Source of the DNA: Clostridia bacterium
GTDB taxonomy: Bacteria; Bacillota; Clostridia; UMGS1883
Assembly: GCA_036307325.1 (NCBI GenBank)
Contig: JAXJXW010000034.1
Location: 1 to 38,264, forward strand
Reading direction: 5' to 3'
Length of the DNA: 38,264 nt
Each line of letters opens with the position of its first letter. Position 1 is the first letter of the stretch. Both the position numbers and the translations under genes were made by a program. Below are positions 1 to 10,877 of this stretch, piece by piece. Below the pieces are notes generated by a model. That model made no database searches. It worked only from the letters and a program-made list of their open reading frames with translations, and was not told where the DNA came from.

Positions 1-56
1 GATAGATCGGAAATTTACCTTTCAAAATCGGTGTTCAAACTGGAATCGTCAGGCTA

Positions 57-83
57 GGCGGTGTAAAAAACTTTTACACCGCC
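57..83. terminator. Perfect hairpin downstream of recG, possibly a bidirectional intrinsic terminator
   Basis: GGCGGTGTAAAA-aac-TTTTACACCGCC forms a 12-bp perfect stem. A T-rich stretch follows on the + strand only (tctatctattatttt), so it may mainly terminate an upstream + strand gene outside the window. Confidence 0.4.
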
Positions 84-152
84 TCTATCTATTATTTTAC
101 CATTATTTTTCATTAGGGTCAAGCAAATAATTGTGAACTTTCTGTAACTGTA

Positions 153-2195
153 CTATACGCTTTTATAAATTTCCAGCATAGCTTCACAACGCCTTTTTAT
201 ATAAAAATTTTCATCTTTTTCCAGTAATGGGTCTTTTGCAAGAAGCTTTTGCGCTGCAATTCCGCTTTCCTTAAGCACGGAAATGTCACGGGTTAAATCT
301 GCAATTTTAAGCCGTATCATGCCGTGCTGGCGTGTTCCGAAAAAGTCTCCCGGTCCTCGAAGGGCAAGGTCTTTTTCGGAAATTTCAAAACCGTTATTGC
401 TTTTTACCATGATTTCCATTCGGCTTTTAATTTCTTCACTTCCGGAAAGGCAAAAAAGAATGCAGTAGCTTTTTGTGTCACCCCTGCCGACTCTGCCCCT
501 GAGCTGATGAAGCTGACTTAAGCCGAATCTTTCCGCATTTTCAATTACCATAACCGTTGCAGAAGGAACATTCACGCCCACTTCAATAACGGTTGTGGAG
601 ACCAAAAGCATTGTATCACCGTTTGCAAAGCCGTTCATAACCCTTTCTTTATCGGCATTTTTCATTTTGCCATGGAGAAGGTCGCATTTTATATCAGGGA
701 AAACCTTACGGGAAAGCTCCTCAAAAACCTCAGTTGCGGATTTAACGGGAAGCTCTTCGTTTTCCTCAACAGAGGGACAAACAACATAAACACGGTGATT
801 TGCCGCAATTTCCTTTCGCATAAAATTATATATCCGCCCGCGCATGCTTTCACCCACGCAGAAGGTGTCCACCTTTTGCCTTCCGGGAGGCATTTCATCA
901 ATTACCGATATGTCCATATCGCCGTACACAATAAGCGCAAGGGTACGGGGAATAGGCGTTGCCGTCATAACCAGAGTGTGGGTATGCTCACCCTTTTGTG
1001 AAAGCCTCAGCCTTTGCCTTACGCCGAAGCGGTGCTGCTCGTCAGTTATGGCAAGGGCAAGGTTTTTAAATTTTACCTTGTCCGTTATAAGCGCATGTGT
1101 TCCGAAAACAACATCTATATCTCCCTTTTCAAGTGCTTCATAAATGCGCTTTTTTTCTGATTGAGAAGTACTTCCCGTAAGAAGTGCGCCTGTGATGCCG
1201 AATTTACTTAAAAGGGGAGAAAGGTCACTGTAATGCTGGCGTGCCAGTACTTCGGTAGGAGCCATCATGGCGGCTTGGAAGCCGTTTAATCGGCACAGAT
1301 AAACGGCATATGCCGCAACAATGGTTTTGCCGCTTCCCACATCACCCTGAACCAGCCTGTTCATCACGAAGCCCCTTGACATATCGGAGGAAATTTCCTC
1401 CATAACACGCCTTTGGGCGTTTGTAGGTAAAAACGGCAGAGAGCTTAAAAAATCAGACCCATCGGTATTTTTAAACGCAAACCCCTTTTCCTTAACCGAC
1501 TCAAGCTTTGTTTTTCTGAGCGAGGTCTGAAGAATGAAAAACTCCTCAAAAATCAGCCGTTTTTTTGCGATTTCCAGGGAATTTTCATCATTTGGGAAAT
1601 GAATGTTTTTTATTGCAAAATCAAGAGGGCAAAGGGAATATTCCCTCAGTATGTCAGCGGGAATAGGGTCAGTTATATACTCATGGCAGGAGTCATATGC
1701 ACTGCGGATGACGGTGCGTAAAAACTTCTGGGTAATTCCGCTTGTAAGTGAATATATGGGAACAATAGCCTTGCTTGAAGCGTATTTTCCCGATGGCTCA
1801 AATTCGGGCGATGTCATACTCTTCTTATTTCCCATAATGCTCACTTTGCCGAAAAATGTGTATTCACAGCCTGTGCGGAACGCAGATTTTATGTATTTGT
1901 TATTAAAAAAGGTAACGCTCATAATCCCGCTGTCGTCACGGACATTCATTTTATAATATGTCATACCCTTGCGTACAAAATGCTCCTGAGGGGGCGCAAT
2001 TACCGTTGCATTCACACATGCGGTTTCGCCGTTTTCAAGGTCAAATATTTTTTTGACAACGCTTCTGTCCTCAAAACGGGCAGGGAAGTATGTAAGTAAA
2101 TCCCACACAGTAGAAACGCCAAGACGAAGCAGCAGCTTCGCCTTGGCATCGCCTATTCCTTTTATAATGCTTACTTTTGTTAATTCAAGCCTCAT
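153..2195 (-). CDS. recG: ATP-dependent DNA helicase RecG
   Basis: 680-aa ORF with Walker A GDVGSGKT, DEQH box (ITDEQHRFG), TATPIPRT and QLRGRVGRG helicase motifs, plus an N-terminal wedge/OB region. Sits in the conserved asp23-fakA-recG order. Confidence 0.95.
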   Translation of the reverse strand: MRLELTKVSIIKGIGDAKAKLLLRLGVSTVWDLLTYFPARFEDRSVVKKIFDLENGETACVNATVIAPPQEHFVRKGMTYYKMNVRDDSGIMSVTFFNNKYIKSAFRTGCEYTFFGKVSIMGNKKSMTSPEFEPSGKYASSKAIVPIYSLTSGITQKFLRTVIRSAYDSCHEYITDPIPADILREYSLCPLDFAIKNIHFPNDENSLEIAKKRLIFEEFFILQTSLRKTKLESVKEKGFAFKNTDGSDFLSSLPFLPTNAQRRVMEEISSDMSRGFVMNRLVQGDVGSGKTIVAAYAVYLCRLNGFQAAMMAPTEVLARQHYSDLSPLLSKFGITGALLTGSTSQSEKKRIYEALEKGDIDVVFGTHALITDKVKFKNLALAITDEQHRFGVRQRLRLSQKGEHTHTLVMTATPIPRTLALIVYGDMDISVIDEMPPGRQKVDTFCVGESMRGRIYNFMRKEIAANHRVYVVCPSVEENEELPVKSATEVFEELSRKVFPDIKCDLLHGKMKNADKERVMNGFANGDTMLLVSTTVIEVGVNVPSATVMVIENAERFGLSQLHQLRGRVGRGDTKSYCILFCLSGSEEIKSRMEIMVKSNNGFEISEKDLALRGPGDFFGTRQHGMIRLKIADLTRDISVLKESGIAAQKLLAKDPLLEKDENFYIKRRCEAMLEIYKSV

Positions 2196-2205
2196 AATTA
2201 TAACC

Positions 2206-3825
2206 TTATTCTATGGAAATAATGTAATAATAAACGCTTTGACCGCCGTTTGAAACATATACCTCGGCATCAGGGTATTTTTCCTCAACAATGGCTGAAA
2301 GATGGGAGGCATCCTCCTGTGTTATATCACTTCCGAAATAGATTGTGATAATTTCACTGTCTTCGTCAGCCATTTCGTCAATAAGGGAAACTGCCGCACT
2401 GTTTATTTGTGTATCAACGGAAACAATGCTTCCGGAGTAAACGCCGATAATGTCACCCTCGTGAATTTCCTTTCCGTCAATCTCGGTGTCCTTAACGGCA
2501 TGGGTTATACTGCCGCTTTTTATATTTTCTATGGCACGCTGCATTTTGTTAAAGTTAGCGTCAATATCGTTTTGTGCGCTGAAAGCCATCATAGCCGCAA
2601 TGCCCTGAGGTATTGACTTTGTTTCAAGCACCTTAACCTGAGATTGGGAGATGTCGCACACCTGCTGTGCGGCAAGGATAATATTTTTGTTGTTGGGAAG
2701 AACAATTACGCTTTCGGCGCATGCTTCTTCAACGGCATTTAAAATATCGTCAGTGCTGGGGTTCATGGTTTGCCCGCCGCGAATAATAACATCAACGCCA
2801 AGCTCACGGAAGGTTTTTTCAAGACCTTCGCCGTTTGCCACTGCAACAACGCCAAGAGGCTTTTTCTCTTTTTTTACCTTGGAGGCCTCACTTGCACCGC
2901 CTACAATATCGGTATGCTGCTCCTTCATATTTTCAATTTTAATATTTACAAGCTCCCCGATTTTTACCGCCTGCTCAAGCACAAAGCCCGGATGGTTTGT
3001 GTGAATATGAACCTTTACGATGTCATCCTCGTCAATAACAAGCATACAATCGCCCTTTGGCTCAATGGCACTGCGCATTTTTGCCGAGGAGGTTTTTGCG
3101 TTGTATTTATTTATAATAAACTCAGTGCAGTAAGCGAATTTTATATCTTCGGTTTTTATTGTGCTTTGTGCCGTACGCCCCGGTGCCGCAGGTGCATCGC
3201 CTGTAAGTACAACCTCTTCCCCGCACAGAGCCTTGTAAAAGCCTTCCAATATAAATATCAAGCCCTGACCGCCCGCATCTACAACGCCTGCCTGCTGAAG
3301 CTGGGGAAGCATTTGCTGAGTCATTTTAAGGGCTTCGTTTCCGCCTGAAAGTGTAATCTCAAACAAACGGAAAATGTCCGTTTCAAGAGAGGCTTCAGCC
3401 GTTTCGGCAAGTGAACGGATAACTGTGAGAATAGTACCCTCCGTAGGTTTCATAACCGCACTGTAAGCAGTATCGCTTCCGCCGCGGAGAGCCTCACGGA
3501 GCATAAGGTCATTTATATCCTTACATCCCTTAAGCTTTTTGGAAACACCGCGGAAAATCTGAGAGAGTATAACGCCGGAGTTTCCTCTGGCCCCTCTGAG
3601 TGTGGCTTTGGCAACAACATCTGCAACCTCGGTTACCGAATTAAAATCACAGCCTTCAATTGCCCGTGCGGCACTGATGAAGGTCAGTGACATGTTAGTG
3701 CCCGTATCGCCGTCGGGAACGGGGAACACATTGAGAGAATCCACAAGCTCTCTGTTATTGCTGAGATTGTTTGCACCGGAAATTATCATTTTTGCGAAAA
3801 GCGGCGCATCTATAACTTTAGTCAT
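2206..3825 (-). CDS. fakA: DAK2-domain fatty acid kinase subunit (FakA / YloV family)
   Basis: 539 aa with the N-terminal Dak2 signature LNVFPVPDGDTGTNM. Length and position between an Asp23-family gene and recG match B. subtilis yloV and S. aureus fakA. Confidence 0.8.
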   Translation of the reverse strand: MTKVIDAPLFAKMIISGANNLSNNRELVDSLNVFPVPDGDTGTNMSLTFISAARAIEGCDFNSVTEVADVVAKATLRGARGNSGVILSQIFRGVSKKLKGCKDINDLMLREALRGGSDTAYSAVMKPTEGTILTVIRSLAETAEASLETDIFRLFEITLSGGNEALKMTQQMLPQLQQAGVVDAGGQGLIFILEGFYKALCGEEVVLTGDAPAAPGRTAQSTIKTEDIKFAYCTEFIINKYNAKTSSAKMRSAIEPKGDCMLVIDEDDIVKVHIHTNHPGFVLEQAVKIGELVNIKIENMKEQHTDIVGGASEASKVKKEKKPLGVVAVANGEGLEKTFRELGVDVIIRGGQTMNPSTDDILNAVEEACAESVIVLPNNKNIILAAQQVCDISQSQVKVLETKSIPQGIAAMMAFSAQNDIDANFNKMQRAIENIKSGSITHAVKDTEIDGKEIHEGDIIGVYSGSIVSVDTQINSAAVSLIDEMADEDSEIITIYFGSDITQEDASHLSAIVEEKYPDAEVYVSNGGQSVYYYIISIE

Positions 3826-3842
3826 AATAAGCCTCCAATATG

Positions 3843-4202
3843 TTATGCATTAGTAACTCTTATGCTTTCAACGAAAACATTGACCTCTTTAACTTCCATT
3901 CCGATAAGCTCGGACAGGTCATATTTTACACGATGCATAATACTTTCGCAAACGGAATTGATATTAACGCCGTATTGCACTACTATATACATATCAACGA
4001 CTACATCGTTTTCATTTACGCTTACCTTAATTCCTTTAGAAAGATTTGAAGGTTTAAGCAAGCTTACTATACCGTCTTTTGTACTGCGGGTAGCCATTCC
4101 CACAACCCCGTAGCAGCTTGTAGCAATAAGTCCTGCCGCATTGGCAATTACATTATTTGATATAACAATGTCACCATTTATGTTTTCACTTTTTATTGCC
4201 AT
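3843..4202 (-). CDS. Asp23/Gls24 family envelope stress protein (YloU-like)
   Basis: 119 aa with the typical family N-terminus (ISNNVIANAAGLIATSCYGVVGM). RBS GGGAGG lies upstream. First gene of the asp23-fakA-recG cluster. Confidence 0.85.
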   Translation of the reverse strand: MAIKSENINGDIVISNNVIANAAGLIATSCYGVVGMATRSTKDGIVSLLKPSNLSKGIKVSVNENDVVVDMYIVVQYGVNINSVCESIMHRVKYDLSELIGMEVKEVNVFVESIRVTNA

Positions 4203-4235
4203 ATATTTAACCTCCCTTTATTTGAATACGATTGT

Positions 4236-4265
4236 ATTATACCCCAAAAAATGCATATCTGTCAA
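4236..4265 (-). promoter_or_regulatory. Consensus sigmaA-type promoter for the asp23-fakA-recG operon
   Basis: On the minus strand: TTGACA (4265-4260), an 18-nt spacer, then TATAAT (4241-4236), about 35 nt upstream of the ATG at 4202. Confidence 0.65.
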
Positions 4266-4356
4266 TATAGAGTAAAATAATTTATAGTCTTTTTCCGTAA
4301 AATACGGTTGAAAAAAAGAGCTGATTATGCTATAGTCATAGACAGGAAAACAGCCC

Positions 4357-4989
4357 TCAGGGCAGCAGCTTTTTTGCCACAAGGCGGCAAATGGGTACAC
4401 CCTGGGCACTGAAGCGTTCCTCATATTCCGTGCATATGTTGTCCTCGCAGCCTTCAGCGTGCAGGTCAAAGGTTACACAGGAAAGGGAGAACCCGTTTTC
4501 AGGGAAGGATTCCAGAGAAAAATCAAAAAGCGCTCTGTTATCCGTTTTAAAGAAAATTTCCCCGTCATCCTTGAGTATTCTTTTGTATATTTCAAGAAAC
4601 CCCCCGTGGGTGAGCCTTCTTTTGGCATTTCCCTTTTTGGGCCACGGGTCGCTGAAGTTAAGGTAGATTCTGTCAACGGACTTATCGGGGAAGCTTTCGC
4701 TTAAAACGGAAAAATCCCCGCGCATAAAACGAACATTTGAAAGGTTGAGATTTTTCACCTTTTCCATTGCCAGAACAAGTACATTCTGCACCTTTTCAAC
4801 GGCAATGTAGCGGACAGAAGGGTTAAGCGCAGCCGTCTGTGCGATAAATTTGCCCTTTCCGCAGCCGATTTCAATATGTAAAGGGGAAGAGGTGCTCCCC
4901 ATACCGGCTTCTTCATCAAAGCTTTCAATCATCATGTGTCGGCACGCCTCGGTTCTTTCCGCAAGGTGGCTTCTGGTTCTCATTCTCAT
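4357..4989 (-). CDS. trmB: tRNA (guanine46-N7)-methyltransferase
   Basis: 210 aa with the SAM-binding motif EIGCGKGKF and the conserved NFSDPWPKK and FKTDN motifs. Confidence 0.9.
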   Translation of the reverse strand: MRMRTRSHLAERTEACRHMMIESFDEEAGMGSTSSPLHIEIGCGKGKFIAQTAALNPSVRYIAVEKVQNVLVLAMEKVKNLNLSNVRFMRGDFSVLSESFPDKSVDRIYLNFSDPWPKKGNAKRRLTHGGFLEIYKRILKDDGEIFFKTDNRALFDFSLESFPENGFSLSCVTFDLHAEGCEDNICTEYEERFSAQGVPICRLVAKKLLP

Positions 4990-5019
4990 AGTTTTTATCC
5001 TTTCGTAAATGGGGTTTTG

Positions 5020-5652
5020 TTAAAAGCTCTTCCCCTCCGCCTTGGCGTAAACCTTATCCCGGCCGCTGAGCTTTCCGTAAACCTCGACTATTTTAAATTT
5101 GATGTTGACAGGCACACTGCCGTCTTTACTTTTGGCGGTTATTATATCATATTCGGAATTACTGAGCATCGACCGCATTTTTTTTGCGGCGTCGGAATCA
5201 TCTGTGGTTCCGTCTACAAAGCATAGTGGCGGAAACAGAACGCACCACCAGTTTTGCCCCTTTCCGTCGCCGATTATAACACGGACTGCGTCATAATTTC
5301 CCGCAGGAAGGGAAATGTTGTCATAGTGCTTGGTAGGGAATTTGAAATTGCCGTACTGAACATCTACGGCATAATCACAGCCGCATTCACGGATGACGCT
5401 TTCGGCAATTTGCTTATATGAATCAAGCTGCGTTGCCACTTCACTCTTTTTGGTGAATTCGGCATTTGCCTGCTTTAAAATGGCATCACGAACCTTGAGC
5501 TTGATTAACTGGTCACCGTCACTGTCACTGTTTGCAATAACATGGAGGCGCACAATGCCCTGTGAAAGTGATGAGTTTACATCCATGGAAAAATTAAGAA
5601 GCAGCAGTGCTGCAATAACTGTTATAACTGCTAAAGATATAAATTTTTTCAT
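5020..5652 (-). CDS. spoIIR: Stage II sporulation protein R
   Basis: 210 aa with an N-terminal signal/anchor helix. Carries the SpoIIR hallmarks RLHVIANSDSDGDQ..KLKVRD and NWWCVLFPPLCF. Confidence 0.9.
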   Translation of the reverse strand: MKKFISLAVITVIAALLLLNFSMDVNSSLSQGIVRLHVIANSDSDGDQLIKLKVRDAILKQANAEFTKKSEVATQLDSYKQIAESVIRECGCDYAVDVQYGNFKFPTKHYDNISLPAGNYDAVRVIIGDGKGQNWWCVLFPPLCFVDGTTDDSDAAKKMRSMLSNSEYDIITAKSKDGSVPVNIKFKIVEVYGKLSGRDKVYAKAEGKSF

Positions 5653-5696
5653 AAGTCAACACCTCTGTATGAAAGTATTGGCTTAAAATAAAAAAA

Positions 5697-6548
5697 TTAT
5701 ACAGGGGAACAAATATATACGGTTTTGTATTTTCCCCACAATTCATTTTTTGCTTTTCTTGCATCGTCAATATTTGTAAAAATACCGAAAACCGTGGGTC
5801 CGCTTCCACTCATTTGAGCGTTCAGCGCACCAAAATTCACAAGGTCTCTTTTGGCTTCTGAAATAATGGCATGCTCTGTGACGCTCACTTCCTCCAGAAC
5901 ATTTCCCATTGCACCGCATATTTTTGTAAGGCTTTGTTCTTCAAGCCCTTTAATAAGTGCGGCAGTATCGGGATGCTTTATATTTGTGCAGCCGTCTATT
6001 TTTTCATAAACGGATTTTGTGGATATTGAAAATGCGGGCTTAACCAGAACAATGCTGCATTTGGGCATTTTCGGAAGGGGAGACAACTTTTCGCCAATCC
6101 CTTCGGCAAGGCGTGTTCCGCCTAAAATACAGTAGGGAACATCAGCACCGATTTTTAAGCCTATTTTGCAAAGCTCCTTAAGAGAAAGCTTTGCACCGAA
6201 AAGGGTATTAAGTGCCTTAAGGGTTGCCGAAGCGTTACTGCTTCCCCCTGCAAGCCCTGCGCCCACGGGGATGCGCTTTGAAATATCAATTTTGACGCCG
6301 CCCTTTATGCCCGTATATTTAAAAAATTCCTCCGCCGCCTTATAGGCGTGGTTGTTTGAATCCAGAGGAAGATACGGCAGATTTGTGGAAAGCTCTATAT
6401 TGTGGCTTGTTTCACTTACCGTGACAATATCAAAAACAGAAACGCTTTGCATTACCATGCAAACATCATGATAACCGTTTTCGCGCTTGCCGAGAACATC
6501 CAATGAAAGATTTATTTTTGCAAAAGCCTTTGCGGAAACTTTCTTCAT
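5697..6548 (-). CDS. ispE: 4-diphosphocytidyl-2-C-methyl-D-erythritol kinase
   Basis: 283 aa with KINLSLDV at the N-terminus and the GHMP kinase motif PVGAGLAGGSSNASA. Confidence 0.9.
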   Translation of the reverse strand: MKKVSAKAFAKINLSLDVLGKRENGYHDVCMVMQSVSVFDIVTVSETSHNIELSTNLPYLPLDSNNHAYKAAEEFFKYTGIKGGVKIDISKRIPVGAGLAGGSSNASATLKALNTLFGAKLSLKELCKIGLKIGADVPYCILGGTRLAEGIGEKLSPLPKMPKCSIVLVKPAFSISTKSVYEKIDGCTNIKHPDTAALIKGLEEQSLTKICGAMGNVLEEVSVTEHAIISEAKRDLVNFGALNAQMSGSGPTVFGIFTNIDDARKAKNELWGKYKTVYICSPV

Positions 6549-6633
6549 GGGAACACCTCTTTTGTTTTGTGTTGGTTAATATTATACTGCCCGAAGGAGA
6601 AAAAATCAATAAATTTTTAAAGGAGAAATGACT

Positions 6634-7464
6634 ATGCTAAAAATCGGATGTCACCTTTCAGCCTCAAAAGGCTTCAACCATATGGCGAAGGAAGCCTTGA
6701 AAATAGGCGCAAACACATTTCAGTTTTTCACACGCAACCCAAGGGGGTTCGGTGCGAAGGATATTGATGAAGCCGACATTAAAAAATTTCACGAAACCGC
6801 AAAGGAGAACGGCTTTGCACCTATTGTTGCCCATGCACCGTATACGCTGAATCCGTCGTCAGCTGACGAAAAGGTGCGTGACCTTGCACTGCGTATTTTC
6901 AAGGAGGATATGGAGCGCATGGAGTATGTTCCGGGGAATTTGTATAATTTTCATCCGGGAAGCCATGTGGGGCAGGGTGCACAGGTGGGAATAGAGCTTA
7001 CAAGCACCTTGTTAAACATTGTGCTTACAGAGAATATGCACACAACGGTGCTTCTTGAAACAATGTCAGGGAAGGGCAGTGAAATAGGCAGAAGCTTTGA
7101 GGAGCTTCGCCAAATAATTGACCGTGTAAGGCTGAGTGATAAAATCGGCGTATGCCTTGACACCTGCCATGTTTATGACGGAGGCTATGACATTGTAAAT
7201 AATCTTGATGATGTGCTGGAAAGCTTTGATAAAACGGTGGGGCTTGAAAGGCTTAAGGCAATACATCTTAACGATTCCAAAAATCCCTTTGAAAGCCATA
7301 AGGACAGGCATGAAAAAATAGGCGAAGGCTCAATAGGCACGGAAGCCTTCGGAAAAATAATCAATCACCCCAGTCTCAGAAATCTGCCGTTTATTCTGGA
7401 AACACCCAATGAGCTTGACGGCTACGAGAAGGAAATACAGCTTCTTAAACAACTTTATATTTAA
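6634..7464 (+). CDS. nfo: Deoxyribonuclease IV (endonuclease IV, AP endonuclease family 2)
   Basis: Family motifs [16 protein letters not shown] and HLNDSK. The ORF track starts at 6628, but the AGGAG RBS (6621-6625) is spaced 8 nt from the ATG at 6634, so that start is preferred. Confidence 0.9.
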   Translation: MLKIGCHLSASKGFNHMAKEALKIGANTFQFFTRNPRGFGAKDIDEADIKKFHETAKENGFAPIVAHAPYTLNPSSADEKVRDLALRIFKEDMERMEYVPGNLYNFHPGSHVGQGAQVGIELTSTLLNIVLTENMHTTVLLETMSGKGSEIGRSFEELRQIIDRVRLSDKIGVCLDTCHVYDGGYDIVNNLDDVLESFDKTVGLERLKAIHLNDSKNPFESHKDRHEKIGEGSIGTEAFGKIINHPSLRNLPFILETPNELDGYEKEIQLLKQLYI

Positions 7465-7497
7465 TTTCAAAAAAGTATTTCCATTTGCTTAAATATA

Positions 7498-7506
7498 TGC
7501 TATAAT
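7498..7506 (+). promoter_or_regulatory. Extended -10 element (TGCTATAAT) upstream of lepA
   Basis: TGnTATAAT lies 52 nt upstream of the lepA ATG. No good -35 hexamer at canonical spacing. Confidence 0.35.
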
Positions 7507-7557
7507 AAGCCTTAATAAAATCAGGACATTTCAGATGAGGAGCAGAGTTTTAGTTTT

Positions 7558-9354
7558 ATGCAGAAAAATATAAGAAATTTTTGTATTATTGCACATATAG
7601 ACCACGGTAAAAGCACTCTTGCCGACAGACTGCTTGAAATGACAGGCTCGGTGGAGAACCGTGAAATCCAGCAGCAAATGCTTGATAACATGGAGCTTGA
7701 GCGTGAGAGGGGAATAACCATAAAGGCCCGTGCCGTAAGGCTCAATTATAAGGCAAATGACGGGGAGGATTATGTCCTTAACCTGATTGACACGCCGGGG
7801 CATGTTGACTTTAACTATGAGGTTTCCCGTTCTCTTGCCGCCTGCGAGGGTGCTCTTTTGGTTGTTGACGCATCTCAGGGGATTGAGGCGCAAACCCTTG
7901 CCAACACATATCTTGCCCTTGACCATGATTTGGAGATACTTCCCGTTATCAATAAAATTGATTTACCCAGTGCCCGCCCTGACGAGGTTGCAAAGGAAAT
8001 AGAAGATGTTATAGGCATTCCTGCGGAGGATGCGCCAAGAATAAGTGCGAAAAACGGGCTTAATATTGAGGAGATTCCCGAATATATTGTAAAGAACATC
8101 CCCGCACCTGAAGGGGACATAGCTTTGCCTCCCCGTGCGTTGATATTTGATTCATATTATGATTCCTATAAGGGCGTTATCGTATATGTGAGAATGAAGG
8201 AGGGAGAAATCCGCCCCGGTATGCGTATTCGCTTTATGGCAACGGGCGGTGAGTTTGATGTGGTTGAAACGGGGTACCTGTCGGCAAAGGAAATGGTCCC
8301 CTCAAAGTCAATCCGTGCAGGTGAGGTTGGATATATTGCGGCAAGTATAAAAACGGTGCGTGACACGCAGGTGGGCGACACGGTAACTGACGCTGCAAAT
8401 CCTGCCAAAGAGCCTCTTGCAGGCTACCGCAAGGTTAATCCAATGGTTTACTGCGGTATATACCCTGCCGACGGGGCAAAATACGGTGACCTTCGTGATG
8501 CCCTTGAAAAGCTTCAGCTTAATGATGCATCCCTTTCCTTTGAGGCAGAAACAAGTGCCGCACTGGGCTTTGGCTTCAGATGCGGGTTTCTGGGGCTTCT
8601 TCATATGGAAATTATCCAGGAAAGGCTGGAAAGAGAATTTAATATTGACCTTGTTACAACTGCTCCCAGCGTTGTATATAAGGTGCACAAAACATCGGGC
8701 GAGGTTGTGGAGGTTGCAAATCCCACAAACCTTCCGCCTCTCTCTGAAATTGACTATATGGAGGAACCATTTGTCAAGGCAAATATTTTTGTTCCGGGGG
8801 AATATGTGGGTGCTATTATGGAGCTTTGCCAGGACAGGAGAGGTGTGTATAACGGAATGACATATCTTGATTCCGAAAGAACAAATCTTCATTATGAGCT
8901 TCCCCTTAATGAAATTATATACGATTTCTTTGATGCTATAAAGAGCAGAAGCCGCGGCTATGCGTCTTTTGACTATGAAATGTCGGACTATGTTAAAAGT
9001 GACCTTGTAAAGCTTGATATACTTCTTAACGGCGATGTGGTTGATGCGCTGAGCTTTATTGTCCATTCCTCAAAAAGCTATGCCCGTGGCAGAAGAATTG
9101 CCGAAAAGCTTAAGGAAACAATTCCCCGCCAGCTTTTTGAAATTCCCATTCAGGCGGCTATCGGGGGAAAGGTTATTGCCCGTGAAACCGTAAAAGCACT
9201 TCGCAAGGATGTGCTTGCAAAGTGCTACGGCGGCGATATAACAAGAAAGAAAAAGCTGCTTGAAAAGCAGAAGGAAGGCAAAAAGCGTATGAGGCAGGTA
9301 GGCAGTGTTGAGCTTCCCCAGGAGGCGTTCATGTCTGTCCTGAAGCTTGATTGA
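7558..9354 (+). CDS. lepA: Translation elongation factor 4
   Basis: 598 aa with GTPase motifs [17 protein letters not shown] and NKID, and a LepA-specific C-terminal domain. Confidence 0.97.
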   Translation: MQKNIRNFCIIAHIDHGKSTLADRLLEMTGSVENREIQQQMLDNMELERERGITIKARAVRLNYKANDGEDYVLNLIDTPGHVDFNYEVSRSLAACEGALLVVDASQGIEAQTLANTYLALDHDLEILPVINKIDLPSARPDEVAKEIEDVIGIPAEDAPRISAKNGLNIEEIPEYIVKNIPAPEGDIALPPRALIFDSYYDSYKGVIVYVRMKEGEIRPGMRIRFMATGGEFDVVETGYLSAKEMVPSKSIRAGEVGYIAASIKTVRDTQVGDTVTDAANPAKEPLAGYRKVNPMVYCGIYPADGAKYGDLRDALEKLQLNDASLSFEAETSAALGFGFRCGFLGLLHMEIIQERLEREFNIDLVTTAPSVVYKVHKTSGEVVEVANPTNLPPLSEIDYMEEPFVKANIFVPGEYVGAIMELCQDRRGVYNGMTYLDSERTNLHYELPLNEIIYDFFDAIKSRSRGYASFDYEMSDYVKSDLVKLDILLNGDVVDALSFIVHSSKSYARGRRIAEKLKETIPRQLFEIPIQAAIGGKVIARETVKALRKDVLAKCYGGDITRKKKLLEKQKEGKKRMRQVGSVELPQEAFMSVLKLD

Positions 9355-9355
9355 T

Positions 9356-10408
9356 ATGATTTATGTGCACATTCCCTTTTGCAAAAGAAAGTGCCTTTAC
9401 TGTGACTTTTTCTCAGTTTGCAACCTTTCTCTTGCAGATGATTATACACGGGCAGTGATAAATGAAATAAACAAAACTGCGCCCCATGAGGTTGAAACAA
9501 TTTATATCGGCGGCGGTACGCCTACTGCTTTAGGGGATAATCTGCTAAGAATAGTTGATGCACTCAGGGAAAGATTTTCTCTTAAAAATAATTACGAATT
9601 TACCGTTGAGGCAAATCCCGGTGCCGTCGGCGGCGATTTGCTCAAAAGGCTTTACGCTTCGGGCGTTAACAGAATAAGCCTGGGGGTTCAGTCCTTTAAT
9701 GATGATGAGCTTAAAGCTCTTGGGAGAATTCACAATTCAGCCGATGCACGCAGGGCAGCTTATGATATTCAAAATGCAGGCTTTTCAAATTTCAGCCTTG
9801 ACCTTATGCTGGCAATTCCAAAGCAAACGAAAAAAAGCCTGGGGCACTCTCTTGACGAAATTGAAAGGATAAATCCGCCCCATGTTTCATCTTATTCACT
9901 GATTGTGGAGGAAAACACACCCTTTTATAATATGGAGCTTGATTTGTGTGACGAGGACAGTGAGAGAGAGCTTTACTATTATGCAGGGGAAAGGCTTGGC
10001 AGTATGGGGCTTAACCGCTATGAGATTTCAAACTTTGCCAAAAAGGGCTTTGAAAGCGTGCATAATCTTCATTATTGGCAGGATTATGAATATACGGGAA
10101 TCGGCGCAGGGGCCCATTCCTTTAAAAACCTGAAAAGGTTTAATAATGTGTGCGATATAGAAAAATATATACAAAATCAGCCGTGCTATGAAAATATAAC
10201 GGAAATATCTCCTCGTGAAAGGCAGCTTGAGCTTTTTATGCTGGGGCTGAGAATGACAGAGGGGATAAGGTATAACGGTGAGTTTGAAGACAGAGTACAG
10301 CCCCTTATAAAAAAAGGCCTTCTTGAAATATCCGACGGATATTTGCGCCTTACTCTTCGGGGAACAGACCTTGCAAATCTTGTGTTTATGGAGTTTTTAG
10401 ATGATTAA
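9356..10408 (+). CDS. hemW: Radical SAM family heme chaperone HemW (oxygen-independent coproporphyrinogen oxidase-like)
   Basis: Radical SAM CxxxCxxC motif (CKRKCLYCDF), a HemN_C-type C-terminus (HNLHYW), and the conserved lepA-hemW adjacency. The ATG at 9356 is preferred over the TTG at 9347. Confidence 0.88.
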   Translation: MIYVHIPFCKRKCLYCDFFSVCNLSLADDYTRAVINEINKTAPHEVETIYIGGGTPTALGDNLLRIVDALRERFSLKNNYEFTVEANPGAVGGDLLKRLYASGVNRISLGVQSFNDDELKALGRIHNSADARRAAYDIQNAGFSNFSLDLMLAIPKQTKKSLGHSLDEIERINPPHVSSYSLIVEENTPFYNMELDLCDEDSERELYYYAGERLGSMGLNRYEISNFAKKGFESVHNLHYWQDYEYTGIGAGAHSFKNLKRFNNVCDIEKYIQNQPCYENITEISPRERQLELFMLGLRMTEGIRYNGEFEDRVQPLIKKGLLEISDGYLRLTLRGTDLANLVFMEFLDD

Positions 10409-10874
10409 CTGTAAAGACAGTGCCCTTAAGCTCATATCCTTTAAGGACAGAACGGAAAAGGAACTGAGAGACAGGCTTTCGGAAAAGGGCTATGAAGAAA
10501 CGGAAATTGAAGAAACTGTTGAATTTTTGAAGGAATATAAATATATTGATGATGAAAAATATGCAAAAAGCTTTTGCACAGACTGCGTCAATATAAAAAA
10601 ATGGGGAAAGAGCAGGATTTTTTCAGAGCTTATGCGCCGTGGCATTCCCCGTGAAATTGCAGACGCCGCAATTGAGGAAAACATTTGCGAGGAAGGAAGC
10701 GTTATCGCAGAGGAAATTAAGAAAAGATTTAAAAATTCCGACCTTGGCAATTTAAAGGAACGCTCCCGCATTTTTTCATATTTTGCAAGGCGCGGGTTTT
10801 CCCCGTCACAAATTCGGGGCGCAATAAACGAAGTGTGTTCCTTTGAAGATATAATACCAGATGACGAATTTTGA
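10401..10874 (+). CDS. recX: RecA regulator RecX
   Basis: 157 aa made of repeated three-helix RecX modules (..RTEKELRDRLSEKGY.., ..YIDDEKYAKSF.., ..KWGKSRI..EL..RGI). Its ATG overlaps the hemW stop. Confidence 0.8.
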   Translation: MINCKDSALKLISFKDRTEKELRDRLSEKGYEETEIEETVEFLKEYKYIDDEKYAKSFCTDCVNIKKWGKSRIFSELMRRGIPREIADAAIEENICEEGSVIAEEIKKRFKNSDLGNLKERSRIFSYFARRGFSPSQIRGAINEVCSFEDIIPDDEF

Positions 10875-10877
10875 GGA

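Noticed and set aside
4218-4469. 83-aa minus-strand ORF spanning the trmB 3' end and the intergenic region
   Set aside because: It overlaps trmB in another frame and runs across the consensus promoter at 4236-4265. It has no RBS.
8308-9066. 252-aa ORF antisense to lepA
   Set aside because: It lies entirely inside, and opposite to, a highly conserved gene. The composition is low-complexity (rich in K, I, F, C), with no RBS and no recognisable motif. It is a typical shadow ORF of a coding region.
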